Assembly: GCF_009914755.1 (NCBI RefSeq)
Contig: NC_060926.1
Origin: the human T2T-CHM13v2.0 reference genome, Homo sapiens
Reading direction: 5' to 3' (one strand)
DNA: 64,000 nucleotides
In this document: piece after piece, positions 1-13,034 of the stretch
Layout: each line of letters begins with the position of its first letter
Position numbering within the stretch: the first letter of the stretch is position 1
Notes under the pieces: model-generated
Told to the model about the DNA's origin: nothing
Databases searched by the model: none
Seen by the model: only the letters and a program-made list of their open reading frames with translations
Translations under genes and position numbers: made by a program

Positions 1-762
1 TACCACCTTACTCCTGCAAGAATGGCCATAATTAAAAAATAAAAAATTAATAGATGTTGGTGTGGATGCAGGGAAAAGGAACACTACACTACTGGTGGGA
101 ATGTAAACTAGTACAATCATTATGGAAAACAGTATGGAGATTCCTTAAAGAACTAAAAGTAGAACTACCATTTGATCCAGCAATCCCACTACTGGGTATC
201 TACCCAGATGAAAAGAAGTCATTATATGAAAAAGATACTTGCACATGCATGTTTATAGCAGAACAATTTGCAATTCCAAAAATATACAACTGTCCAAAAC
301 GCCCATCAATCAATGAATGGATAAATTGTGATTTATATATATATTTGTATATTTGTGTGTATATATATATATATATATATATTTGTATATATATGATGGA
401 ATACTACTTAGCCATAAAAAGGAACAAAATAATGGCATTTGCAGCAACCTGGATGGAACTGGAGACTATTTTTCTAAGTGAAGTAACTCAGGAATGGAAA
501 ACAAAACATCATATGTTCTCAGTCATAAGTGGGAGTTAAGTTATGAGGATGCAAAGGCATAAGAATCACACAATGGACTTTGGAGACTCAGGGGAAAGAG
601 TGGGAGGGGAGTAAGGGATAAAAGACTACAAATCGTGTTCAGTCTATACTGCTTGGGTGGTGGGTATTCCAAAATCTCACAAATCACCTCTAAGGAACTT
701 ACTCATGTAACCAAATACTACCTGTTTCTCAAAAACCGATGGAAACAAAAAAAATTTAAAAA
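1..762 (+). mobile_element. L1 (L1PB-like) 3' end: ORF2 C-terminus, 3'UTR and A-tail, with an internal (TA)n run at ~333-393
   Basis: ORF 54..539 contains the L1 ORF2 C-terminal motifs [21 protein letters not shown] and [13 protein letters not shown]. The 3'UTR 'gaggatgcaaaggcataagaat...gaacttactcatgtaaccaaa' is L1PB-type and ends in an A-rich tail. Confidence 0.9.
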
Positions 763-885
763 TTATTAACCATGCTGTTTTAAGGATGATCGTCTTTTTT
801 CCTCATTTTGTCTACATTTATTAACTAGAATTCTGTAAAAATAACTGTCCTTTCTTGTTCATTCATTTAATTATTCCAGCATGCA

Positions 886-1182
886 TTTTTTTAAAGACAG
901 GGTCTTACTCTGTTGTCCAGGCTGGGGTGCAGTGGTGTGGGCATAGCTCAAAGCTCACTGTAGCCTCCACCTCCTGGGTTCAAGAGAGTTTCTTGGCTCA
1001 GCCTCCAGGGAAGCTGTGACTACAGTTGTGTGCAACCACACCCAGCTAATAATTTTGTTTTTAGTAGAAATGGGGTCTCATGTTGTCATCTAAGTTGTTC
1101 TCAAATTACTGGCCTCAAGTGATCCTCCCACTTTGGCCTCCCAAAGTGTTGGGATTATAGGTATGAGCCACTGTATCTGGCC
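886..1182 (-). mobile_element. Alu (old, AluJ-like)
   Basis: Antisense Alu dimer, diverged, with J-type 'gacagggtct...ctcactgtagcctc'. Flanked by catgcatttt at 880-889 and 1188-1197 (TSD). Confidence 0.92.
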
Positions 1183-2484
1183 TCAAACATGCATTTTATT
1201 CAGTTTGAGTTCCTAGATAATTATTTTATTTTCAGATTTATAACCAAATATGATATTCTTACTAATTCTGCACAAATTGTTCCAGCTTTGTGATTGAGTC
1301 TATCAGGCTGTCTTTTATGTCCTTTTGACATTTCCTCTTTTTGGCCCTTCCTCACTTTGTGAACTGAAAAGATAGTCCAGCTTATCTTGTATTTTGCATG
1401 TCCCAGATCTTTAATGTCTTTTCCACAAGGAACCCTTGGTTACCTTTTATTGGAGAATGGTATTCAGAAACCAACATCTGAGCATTAGGTGTGCTCATTG
1501 CAAATAGAGTGTCACTCCTTCTGGGCTCTCACAGAAGACAGAGTTAGAAAATATATGTATGTACACTAACTCATGCATACATTCATACTATATTTACTTG
1601 CTTAACTTTCTATTTGTATATATAGTAAAATAAACATAAGCCAATATTACATATCTAATTCTAATCTAGCACCATATGGTTCATTTTAATATTTTTTCCT
1701 TGTTTGTTTGTAAATTTTCTGTCAGTGAGTGACCCAACTCTCATTAACTATATTTATTTAATTTTAACCCAAATATTATGAAGTAGCTTCAAAATTGCTA
1801 ATATATCCTATGAAGGACACATTTACCAACAATAGTACAGTGTTTGTCAGTGTTTGTATGCCTTTTTAAAAAAAATTACTTAGTCTTATAGTATCAAAAC
1901 AAACTTTCCAAGTTATTGCGGTCAATTTTTTTACCCAACCACTTCAGAGCAGTTATATCATACATTTGCAATACAATGTAATGTTACAATGTGGATTATT
2001 AATTTATACCAGGCTGAATTTTATTCTTAGTTCCCCCCTAAATCTTGATTTGTTTGTATTTGCATACAGTAAAATTCAGTTTTAATGTCATACAGTTCTT
2101 TGTGTTTGGACAAATCCATGAACCCACAGATCCCTCACTCTAGTAGCATACAGAATGTTTCATCACTGTAAAATTTTCTCTGTGTCTTCTCTTTGTTGTC
2201 AACTATTCTTCTGTCTTCTGAACTAGTGCAATCACTATCTGTCTTCCTTCCCTATAGTTTTGTCTCTCCTAGTATAATACATAAATGTCTGTATTCTTGC
2301 ACTCAGCAAAATGCATTTAAGATTCATCTGTGTTCTTGCATAAATTAATAGCTTTTTCCTTATTATCTCTGAATAATATTCCATTGCTTGCATATATCAT
2401 AGTTTGTTTTTTTCCTTAACTTGTTGCTGGCCATCTTGATTTCATCCAGTTTTTGACAATTGTGAAGAAAGCAGCTGCTACATC

Positions 2485-2495
2485 TCTATCATCTG

Positions 2496-2533
<38 letters not shown>

Positions 2534-2560
2534 ATCTATCTATCTATCTATCTATCTATC

Positions 2561-2603
<43 letters not shown>

Positions 2604-2604
2604 A
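2485..2604. repeat. Complex (TCTA)n tetranucleotide STR
   Basis: Read directly: TCTA TCA TCTG [TCTA]9 TCA [TCTA]6 TCA [TCTA]10 TCA. Confidence 0.97.
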
Positions 2605-3386
2605 TGAAGGTTTTATGTAAACATAAGCTTTACATTCCCTGTGTAAATACCTAAGAGTAGAATTGCAATTTTGACTAACAAATTTACGTTTAATTTAATA
2701 AGAAGCTGCCTTGGTATTTTCCAAAGTGGCTGTATAATTTTGCATTGCCTTCTGCAATGAATGAGAGTTTCTGTTGCTCTGCAACTTAATTAGCAAATAG
2801 TACTGTCAGGTTTTTTTTTTGGAATTTTAGATTCTAATACATGTATATCAATATCTCATTGTTTTAATTTGCATTTTCCTAATGACAAAATATGTGAAAT
2901 TTGTTTTTATATGTTTATTTGCCCTTTATGTATCTTTTTTGGTGAAAGATCTAAACAGATCTTTCCCTATACTTTGATAGAGTTATATGTTTTCTTATTG
3001 TTGAGTTTTAGGATTTAGTAAATCTTATGAATAGAAATCCTTTACTAGGTATGTGATTCTAAAGCATTTTCTGACAGTCTGCGGCTTGTCTTCTTCTTTC
3101 CTTTATAATGCAATTCAAAGAGCAAATTTTAAATTTTGAGTTAGTACAATTTATTAATCTTTAAACATTTTTATTGGTCAAGATTACAGTGCTTTATCTA
3201 ATAACTAATCAACAAATCTAAGGTTTCACAGATTTTTTCCTGTTTCCTTATAAAATTTTACTATTCTATATTGTATGTTTTATTTATGTATAAATGTAAG
3301 GTATGTGCTAAAGTGCATTTGTTTGCATATTTTACTCTGTTCTATCAATCTATAGGTCTGTCTGTATGCCAGTACCATACTATTTT

Positions 3387-6300
3387 TTCAAATAAATTCA
3401 ACAATTTATTTTATTTTTCTATTTATTTTTATTTGTAATTTTATTTTCTGTGGGTACATAGTAGGTGTATGTATTTTGGGTATGTGAGATATTTTGATAC
3501 AGGCATACAATGCATAATGATCACATCAGGGTAACTGGCGTATCCATCACCTCAAGCATTGATCCTTTCTTTGTGCTGCAAACAATCCATTTATAATCGT
3601 TTAGTGACTTTAAAATATACAATAAATTACTATTGATTGTAATAACCCTATTGTGCTATTAAATACTAGATCTCATTCATTGTAACTGTATTTTTGTATC
3701 CATTAATCACTCTCAGCCTTCCCCCTGACCCCCTTCCTCTACCCTTCCCAGCCTCTGGTAACCATCATCTATTTTCCATCTTCATGAGTTCAATTGTTTT
3801 AATTTTTAGTGCCTTTCCACAAATAATGAGAACATTTGAAGTTTGTCTTTTTGTGCCTGGCTTATTTTGCTTAACATAACATCCTCCAGTTCCATCCATG
3901 TTTTTGCAGATGACAGGATCTCATTCTTTTTTATGGCTGAATATTACTCCACTGTATACATTACTATATTTTCTTTATCCTTTCATCTGTTGACAGACAC
4001 TTAGGTTGCTTCCAGATTGTGGCTATTGTGAATAATGCTACAATAAACATGTGAGTGCATGTATCTCTTTGATATACTGATTTCCTTTCTTTTGGGTATG
4101 TAACTAGCAGTGGGATTTCTGGATCATATGGTATCTCTACTTTTAGTTTTTTGAGGAACATTTAAACTGTTCTCCATAATGGTTGCATTATTTTATATTC
4201 CCATGAAAAGTGTATAAGGGTTCCCTTTTTCCCATATTCTCCCCAGCATTTTTTATTGCCTGTCATTTGGATATAAGCCGTTTTAACGAGGGTGAGATGA
4301 TAATCTCAAGGTAGTTTTGATTTACATTTCCCTGATGATCAATGATGTTGAGCACCTTGTCATACACTTGTTGGCCATTTGTATGTCTTCTTTTGAGAGA
4401 TATCTCTGTATGTATTTTGCCCATTTTTAATTGGATTGTTAGACTTTTTTCTATAGACTTTTTGAGCTCCTAATATATTCTCGTGATTAACTTCTGTCAG
4501 ACTGAGAGTTTGCAAATATTTTTCCCCCATTCCGTGGGTTGTCTCTTCACTTTGTTGATTGTTTCCTTTGCTGTGCAGAAGCTTTTTAACTTGAAGTGAT
4601 CTCATTTGTCCATTTGTGCTTTGGTTGCCTGTGCCTGTGGAGTATTGCTCAACGAATCTTTGCCTAGACCAATGTCCTGAAGAGTTGCCCCAAAGTTTTC
4701 TTGTAGTAGTTTTATAGTTTCAGGTCTTAGATTTAATTCTTTAATCCATTTTGATTTAATTTTTGTATGTGGTGAGTGATATGAGTCTAATTTCATTATT
4801 TTGCTTATGGATATCCAGTTTTCCCAGCACCATTAATTGAAGAGACCCTCCTTTTTCCAATGTATGTTCTTGGAACTGGGGGAGGAATAACAGTAGGACC
4901 CTGTGGCCACCTCCACTGGGACTATGCTGGGTCATACCTGATGCCCACATAGGCTGAATCTTGCCCAAGACCCACAGTGACCACTGCCTGGCTACAGTTC
5001 ATCTTCACTCAAGGCTCAATAGCTCTACAATCAGAGGTGGCAAATCCAGCCAGCCTTGTATTCTTCTCTTCAGGGAAACATATATCCCTCAGTCCCAGGC
5101 AGGTCCAGAGATGCCATCCAGAAGCCAAGACTGGAGTTTGGAACCTTAGGACTCTACCTGGGTTTTATTCTACTGTGGCTGAGCTGGCACCCAAGCCACA
5201 AGAAGAAGTCCTTCCCACTCTCCCTTCCCTTTCTTTCAGTCCTTATGCAAGCACAGGAATCTATCCCTGTGGCCAACATCACCCCAGGCTCATGGTGAGT
5301 ACTGTCTGGCTATTGGCTATTTCCAAAGTTCACTTAAGGTCTGAAGGCCGTTCAGTCAGCTTGTGAATGATGCCAGACCTGGGTCTTTCCCTTTAGGCCA
5401 GTGGGCTCCCCTGTGGCCCAGGGCAATTCCAGAAATGCCATCTATGAGCCAAGATCAAGAATCAGGGACCCCAGGAGCCCACTTGGTGCTCTACCTCACT
5501 GTGGTCAAGCTGGTACCCAATCTGCAAGACAAAGTACCCTTTACACTTCTCTCTCCTTTGCCCAAGCATAAGGAGTCTTTCCCTGTAGGGAGTGTGCTGG
5601 GTCACACCTGAAGCTATCACAGCTCTGAGTCTTACTCAAAGCATGTAGTGAGTACTGCCTGACTACTACTGCTGAATATTCAGGGCCCAAGGGCTCTTTA
5701 GTCAGCAGGTGATGAATCCTGCCAGGACTGGGTCTTTCCCTTCAAGTCTGCAGGTCTTCTTCTGGCCCATGGTGTGTGGAAATTTCATCCTGGAGCTAGG
5801 GCCTGAAATAGGGGCCTGAGGACTCTGTCTGGTGCCCTATTCTACTGTGGCTGAGCCTGTATCTAAATCACAAGACAAAGTCCTCTTTACTCTCACCTTT
5901 CCTTTCCTCAAGAAGAAGAAAGGATCTCTTTTGAAGCTGTGAGCTTTGCTGGCTGGGGTTAAGAGAGTGGTAAAGCAAGCACTTCCTTGGCTGTCCCAGC
6001 TGGTGTCTGACTAGGTCACATGCACTCCAAGTCCACTGGTTCCAAGCCTAGCACAGCACTAGCACTTGCCAAGGAATTTCAGTCCTTGTGGCCTAGACAA
6101 GTTTATTCAGTTTCAAGTTGAGAACACTTTAGGCTGTGGTGGTAGGCCTTTCTGGAACTCAGGTTCCCATCACTAGGATATACAATTCACCTCTGGCTAG
6201 GGCTGGTCTAAATGTTCCCCCTATGGGTGTCAGCTTAATTCTGCCCCATGTTGCTTTCCATTGTGACAGAACAGCACTGAATTCCAATGCAAGTCCCACA

Positions 6301-6595
6301 ATCACTGTGTTTTCTCTCCCCTAGTTCTCAGATTCTCTCTCTGTGTCACACTGCTGCTGCCAGATTATGGGACAGAGGCGGTGTGGGCAAATTGAAACTG
6401 CCTTTCCTACCCTCTTCAGTGACTGTTTCCTTGATATAATGTTAAAACCAGGTATTGTGATTGCACATGTGGTTTTGTTTTCTTTGAAGATGTTTTTGAT
6501 GTGAATAGTTGCTCAATTTGGTGCTCCTGTGAGGAGAACAATTGCTAGAGGCTTCCATTAGACCATCTTGCTCTGCCTCTCTCCTTTCAAATTCT
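3387..6595 (-). mobile_element. L1MA-type element with both ends but a large internal deletion, nested in an older L1
   Basis: T-rich tail and L1MA 3'UTR from ~3400. ORF2 fragments 3964..4161 and 4602..4796. Abrupt switch at ~4873 to GC-richer 5'UTR ending in ccatcttgctctgcctct (reverse complement of the L1 start ...gagcaagatgg). TSD agtaccatactatttt (3371-3386) / agtatcatactgtttt (6596-6611). Confidence 0.85.
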
Positions 6596-8710
6596 AGTAT
6601 CATACTGTTTTAAGTATCGTAGCATTGTAACATATTTTGAAATCAGAAATTGTGAAACCACCAGTTTTGTTCTTTGTTCTCAATATTGTTTTGGTGATTC
6701 TGGGTCTTTTAAGATTCCATATGAATTTTAGGATAAATTTTTCTATTTGCATGGGGAAAAATCATTGAGATTTTGATAAAGGTTGCATTATAGATGCTTT
6801 GGGTATTGACATCTTAGCAATACTAAGTTTTCTAGTTCATTAACATGAGATGTATTTTTCCATTTCTTCATGTGTTTAATTTTTTTCAGCAATGTTTTAC
6901 AATTTTCATTGTATAAGACATTCATATCCTTAATTCCTAGCTATTTTATTCTTTTTGATGCTACTGTAATGGAATCATGTTTGTAATTTTCTTTTCACTT
7001 TATTCATTGTTAGTGCATAAAAATGCAAATGATTTTTGTGTGTTGACTTTGTATCATAACACTTTACTGAATTAATTTCTTAGTTCTAACACTTTTTTGT
7101 GAAATATTTAGGGTTTTCTATCTATAATACCATGTTATCTGCAAAAAAGATAATTTTACTTTTTCCCTTTTATTTAATTTCAGTGCCTAATTTACCTGGA
7201 TAGAACTTTCAGTACTATGTAGAATAGAAGTGCTAAAAATGGGCATCTTTGCCTTGCCCCTGATCTTGAAGAAAAAAAATGTTCAGTTTTTTGCCATTGA
7301 GCATGATGTTTACTGTGGATTTTTTATATATGACTTTTAATATGTTAAACTAGTTTCCTTCTTTTTTTGTTTATTGAGTGTTTTCATTATGAAAGAAGGT
7401 TGAATTTTGACACATTTTTTCTATATCAATTGAGATAATCATGTGTTAGTTTCCCCTTTATTCTATTAATGTGGTGCATTACATTGTTCAATTTTCATAT
7501 GTTGCACCATCTTTGCATTTCACAAATAAATGTCATGTTGTAATGGTGTTTAATTCTTTTAATATGGTGCTAAATTCAGTTTGTTAGAATTTTGTTGTGG
7601 ATTTTTGCATTTATTTTCATAAAGATATTGGTCTGTAGTTTTCTTTTCTTATAGTGTCATTTTCTGGTTTTAGTGTCAAGATATTGGTGGCCTTAGAATT
7701 ATTTAGAAAGTGTTCTCTCATCTCCAATTTTTTGGAAAATGTTGAGAAGAGTTGGTGTAGTTCTCCTTTAAATATCTGACATAATTCACCAGTGACATCA
7801 TTAGGTCCAGAACTTCTCTTTTTCAGGAAGTTTTTTGATAGCTGATTAATTTTTCTTACAGATTTTTGGTGCTTCCCACTCCATCATCCTTCCAGAATCC
7901 TCTTGCTGATAATTTTTAACACGAATGATATGAATTTTGGCATATGTTTTATTTGTACCTATTGATACAATTCTGTTTTTATTTAGTCTGTTTACATGAT
8001 GAATTATATTGAGTGACTTTCAGATGTTGAGGTAGCCTTGAATTCCTTTCCAGGTACAACCCCTCTTGGTCTTAATGTACTACTATTTGTATATATTACT
8101 AAATGAATTTGCTAATATTTTGTTGAGGATATTTGAAATAATCTTAATAAGGATTATTAGTCTGCAGTTGCATTTTCTTGCATTATCTTTATCTGGTTTT
8201 CAAATTATGGTAATACTGGTCTCATAAAAAAGTTTGATGTGTTCCTTCTTGAACTATTTCCTTGATGTGGTTGTATAAAACTGGCATTTTTAAAAATTAA
8301 ATATTTACTAGAATTTACAAAGAAAACCAATTAGGTCTATAGTTTTCAATGGTATATGCAAAAAAATTAAATTTTGTTAATTGATGTAGGAGAATTCATG
8401 CTATATATTTTCTCTTAAGTAAGTGACAATAGTTTATGTCATTGAAAGAACTGGTCAAATTAATCTCAATAGAAATAGATGTCAAATTTTTCACTGTATA
8501 TTTGTAGCATTTCCTTGTTGTCCTTTTCACATCCATGTGCTCACTAATAATGTCCTTTCTTTAATTGCTGATAGTAACATTTTCTAGTTGATCTGTTTTT
8601 CTTTGGTCAGTCTGAGTAGAAGTTCATCACCATTATTGATCTTTTCTAGGAAGCAGCTTCTGAAGTTACTCATTTTTTTTTTCTATTGTTTTCCCATTTC
8701 AGTTTCACTG
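6596..8710 (-). mobile_element. Old L1M ORF2 remnants (continuation of the host L1, probably two pieces)
   Basis: Decayed antisense ORF2 resumes exactly at the TSD ('agtatcatactgtttt...ttttgaaatcag'). 7970-8400 re-covers the same ORF2 portion as 7440-7860. Confidence 0.75.
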
Positions 8711-8719
8711 ATGCCCATA

Positions 8720-9620
8720 CTGGAGTGTGGGCTAGTTTTCCTCAGAATTCTGGATATACTATATCTCTGCCTGGGCTTGTGTCTTCCCTCCACACTGGTC
8801 CGGGAAGCATCTGCTTTCTCAGCACTCTCCTAGCTGGCTCCCGTGGCAATTTCTACTCAAAGCCTTGTTACAGCAATGGTCGGACTGAAGGAGGTGCTTT
8901 TCTGCAATACTCTTACTATGTCCAAATCTTAGGCAGATCTTGTGAACCCGGCTCTGAAATTGTGACATTCATAAATATTCCTGCCTGTTCATCAGCACCA
9001 GGGCTAGGACAGGCATGTATTTATGCTCTACTCCCTGAGGTGCAGCTCTTCCCTCCTATTTCCTTCTTGAAACTTCAATGGGTTTTCAAAAGTCTCTAAG
9101 ATGTCGGTATTTACTACTTTTTCCCTGAAGATTAAAGCTTTCGTTGTTTCAGAGAGGTGACAAAGTAGCATCTGGGAGGAATTTTGTCCTTGCTTACTAT
9201 TACCTTTCCCCAGCCAACAACATGGAAGCTTTCTTAAATTTACCCTAATCTTCGCATGCATGCCTTCAAGGGTTTATGCAAGAAAAGGCTGCAACTGGGA
9301 GGAAACACCCTGAAGACTGTGGTCCTCAGGAGCCCCGTCCTCCTTTAGTAGCCCGCACTGTTGCCTTGAACAATTTATTAAAAATTTCAGCCGAGTCTTC
9401 TTACTGGACTGTGTGCTGTCTGACAGTGTCTGCCCTAAGACTTGTTTCTAAGTGCGCCAATGGTCTCTCCCCACATTTTCGGCCAATTGTTTCCCTGTGA
9501 CCTTAGTTCTCCAGTGAATTCCGTAGAAGTCATTCATATGCACTTTTTCTAGGTTTTTGTTGTTGGAAGAGTAGGGGGTGCTACTCTTTCCACTTTTCTA
9601 CATCTTGAGCTAAAACAGTC
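8720..9620 (-). mobile_element. Old L1M 5'-end remnant
   Basis: Ends with 'gtttttgttgttggaagagtagggggtgctactctttccacttttctacatctt', resembling antisense old-L1 5' termini. Heavily diverged. Confidence 0.45.
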
Positions 9621-9849
9621 CAACAACAAATTTTGATATTTCAAATTTAATTGTGCAATTTTACAAAACAGTTTACCTACACTCCACCTATGAAACCATT
9701 TTGAGAATTCTCTGTGCCAAAAGAAATAGCACGATAATTGTTGCAATAATATAAAAAGCAACACTTGAAGCATTTATCATATCACCAAATTCTAGAATCA
9801 CAGATTCTCAAACATTAGGTCTGGAGAATCCTTAGAAAATATTGGTTCC

Positions 9850-11671
9850 CAATAACAAAAACCACATGATTATCTCAATAGACGCAGAAAAGGCCTTTAA
9901 TAAATTCAACACCCCGTCATGCTAAAAACAGTCAATAAACTTCGTACGGATGGAACATATCTCAAAATAATAAGAGCTATTTATGACAAACCCATAGCCA
10001 ATATCATAGTGAATGGGCAAAAGCTGGAAGCATTCCCTTTGAAAACCAGCACAAGACAAGGATACCCTCTCTCACCACTTCTATTCAGCATAGTATTGGA
10101 AGTTCTGGCCAGGGCAATCAGTCAAGAGGAAGAGATAAAGGGTACTCAGAGAGAAAGAAAGGAAGGCAAATAGTCTCTCTTTGCAGATGACATGATTGTA
10201 TGTTTAGAAAACCCCATGGTCTCAGCTCCAAAACTGCTTAAACTGATAAGCAACTTCAGCAAAATCTCAGGATACAAAAATCAACATGCAAAAATCACAA
10301 GCATTTCTATACACCAATAGTAGACAGAGAACCAAATCATGAGTGAAATCCCATTCACAATTGCTACAAAGAGAATAAAATACCTAGGAATCCAACTAAC
10401 AAGGGATGTGAAGGACCTCTTCAAGGAGAACTACAAACCACTGCTCAGTGTAATAAGAGAGGACACAAACAAATAGAAAAACATTCCATGCTCATGGATA
10501 GGAAGAATCAATATTGTGAAAATGGCCATACTGCCCAAAGTAATTTATAGATTCAATGCTATTCCCACCAAGCTACCATTGACTTTCTTCACAGAACTAG
10601 AAAAAACTACTTTAAATGTCATATGGAGCCAGAAAGAGCCTGTATAGCCAAGACTATCCTAAGCAAAAAGAACAAAGCTGGAGGCATCATGCTACCTGAC
10701 TTCAAACTATATTACAAGGCTACAGTCACCAAAACAGCATGGTATTCATACCAAAATAGATATGCAGACCAGTGAAACAGAACAGAGGCCTCAGAAATAA
10801 TGCCACACATCTACAACCATCTGATCTTCAACAAACCTGACAAAAACAAGCAATGGGGAAAGGATTCCTTATTTAATAAATGGTGCTGGAAAAAGTGGCT
10901 AGCCATATGCGGAAAACTGAAACTGGACCCCTTCTTCACACCTTATACAAAAATTAACTCAAGATGGATTAAAGACTTAAATGTAACACTAAAACCATAA
11001 AAACCCTAGAAGAAAACTTAGGCAATACCATTCAGGACATAGGATGGGCAAAGCCTTCATGACTAAAACACCAAAAGCAATTGCAAGAAAAGCCAAAATT
11101 GACAAATGGGACCTAATTAAACTAAAGAGCTTCTGCACAGCAAAAGAAACTATCATCAGAGTGAACAGGCAACCTACAGAATGGGAGAAAATTTTTGCAA
11201 TCTATCCATATGAAAAAGGTCTAGTATCCAGAGTTTACAAGGAAATTAAACAAATTTACAAAAACAAAATAAAAACAAAAACAAAAACAAACCCCATCAA
11301 AAAGTGGGCAAAGGATATGAACAGACACTTCTCAAAAGCAGACATTTATGAGGCCAACAAATATATGAAAAAAAGCTCATCATCACTGGTCATTAGAGAA
11401 ATGCTAATCAAAACCACAATGAGATAACATCTGACACCAGTTAGAATGCAATCATTAAAAAGTGAAGAAACAACAGATGCTGGAGAGGATGTGGAGAAAT
11501 AGGAATGCTTTTACACTGTTGGTGGGAGTGAAAATTAGTTCAACCCTTGTGGAAGACAGTATGGTGATTCCTCAAGGATCTAGAACTAGAAATACCATTT
11601 GACCCAGCAATCCCATTACTGGATTCTGCACATGTATCCCAGAACTTAAGGTATAATAAATTTTTTAAAAA
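9850..11671 (+). mobile_element. 5'-truncated L1PA (L1PA6-8-like), RT region to 3' end, with a deletion of the 3'UTR
   Basis: ORF2 fragments 9919..10173 ([19 protein letters not shown]), 10800..11000 and 11044..11427. Perfect 16-bp TSD agaaaatattggttcc at 9834-9849 and 11672-11687. Confidence 0.95.
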
Positions 11672-12742
11672 AGAAAATATTGGTTCCAGTGTTTTTCTCA
11701 ACCTATCATGGCTTATAGGCCTCACAGAGAATTCAGTTCACCCTATATATTTTTAGTGTAATCAATTTCACAAGTGATATCAATGTACATATGTTACCTT
11801 AACCTAAGCAATCATAATTTTCTTTTTAGACAGTACATAATTTATGAAAAATGTTCTTGAGCTAAAAGATATTCAAGATACAACAACATCAAAACCCTTC
11901 CCAGAAAAATGTTTCTATAATTCTACCAGTTTTGCTTTCATCTCTTGAGTAGCTCCTCAGATCTCTTTCCTATGTCAGAATTAGCCTCTTTAATGACAAC
12001 CCACTACTAAGATTAATTATTCTGTGCAGGCTTTAGTGAGGCCTTTGCAAGAGTATGATTCCTTAGTAGCCTCAAACTGTATCTTCTACAAAAGTACCCA
12101 AGAAGGGAAAGGACTCATGAGGATGTAAACCCATCCATGGATATTAGACAGCTTGAGGTGGTGAAGAATATGTTACATATAAACCCAGCAGATGCATGAT
12201 CAATGAAGAGGATCTATGGACTACAAGTAATAGGATAAATTCATTGTTTATTTGAGATTCTAACCTGTACCTTCCAAATCCTATTTCAATGAATTTTATA
12301 TTAAATCAGCCTAAAATATTTTTTCACTCAGGTTCTTTTTTACCTTTGGAAAGATTAAAAAAACAATGCTAATGTTGAATAAATCATCCAGCTACATTTT
12401 AAAATGAATATGTATTCCATCTCTATTTTCTTTGATTCTTTTCAAGTCTATTTTCTGCTATTATCCACAGATGGAGAAAGCTATTATCTACAGCTGATTT
12501 CACTTGTGATACTGCAACCTATTTACCTTTCCATCTTTCTGTAAGCCCCAAGATTATATTTTTCAAATACCCTCAAGTACTTGTTCATTTTCATGAGCAT
12601 TATATCTGTACCTAAGTGCACAATAGCACCATTTTCAAACAATCAGAACTAGACATCTGAATGGCAGTGATCTAAGAAGAGATAGATCACATTAAGAAGC
12701 ACTCCAAATGTTCTGTTTCTCAGGTTATTACACTAAGTAGGT

Positions 12743-12866
12743 CAGTGGTTTTCAACATATTTGGTGAACAAGAATCACTTAGGAGCTTATGAAAGATGCA
12801 GATCCCCGGGTATAATCCTAAACCTACCAAGTCAGGATACCTGGAGGTTAACCCAGGAATCTGTAG
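12743..12866 (+). mobile_element. MER5-type hAT/Charlie MITE fragment
   Basis: 'cagtggttttcaac...agaatcacttaggagctt...atgcagatccccggg...cccaggaatctg' follows the MER5A/B layout. Confidence 0.65.
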
Positions 12867-12985
12867 AGATGCTTCATTACGAGTTTTAAGTATTCATCAT
12901 GTTTTTCTTTTTCTAGTCAAAATGTATTATTTCCTACTTAATATTCTTACCCTTAAAATGGTAAATGAATATGTTATTTAAATAC

Positions 12986-12990
<5 letters not shown>

Positions 12991-13031
<41 letters not shown>
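12991..13031. repeat. (TG)~20 microsatellite
   Basis: Read directly. Confidence 0.97.

Positions 13032-13034
<3 letters not shown>

Larger units (their letters stand above)
770..3386 (-). mobile_element. Old L1 (L1MC-like) 3'UTR plus ORF2 end, interrupted by an Alu and an STR
   Basis: 'ttttattggagaatggtattcagaaaccaacatctgagcattaggtgtgctcattgc' is the antisense L1MC 3'UTR motif. Decayed antisense ORF2 runs ~2270-3386. Confidence 0.7.
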
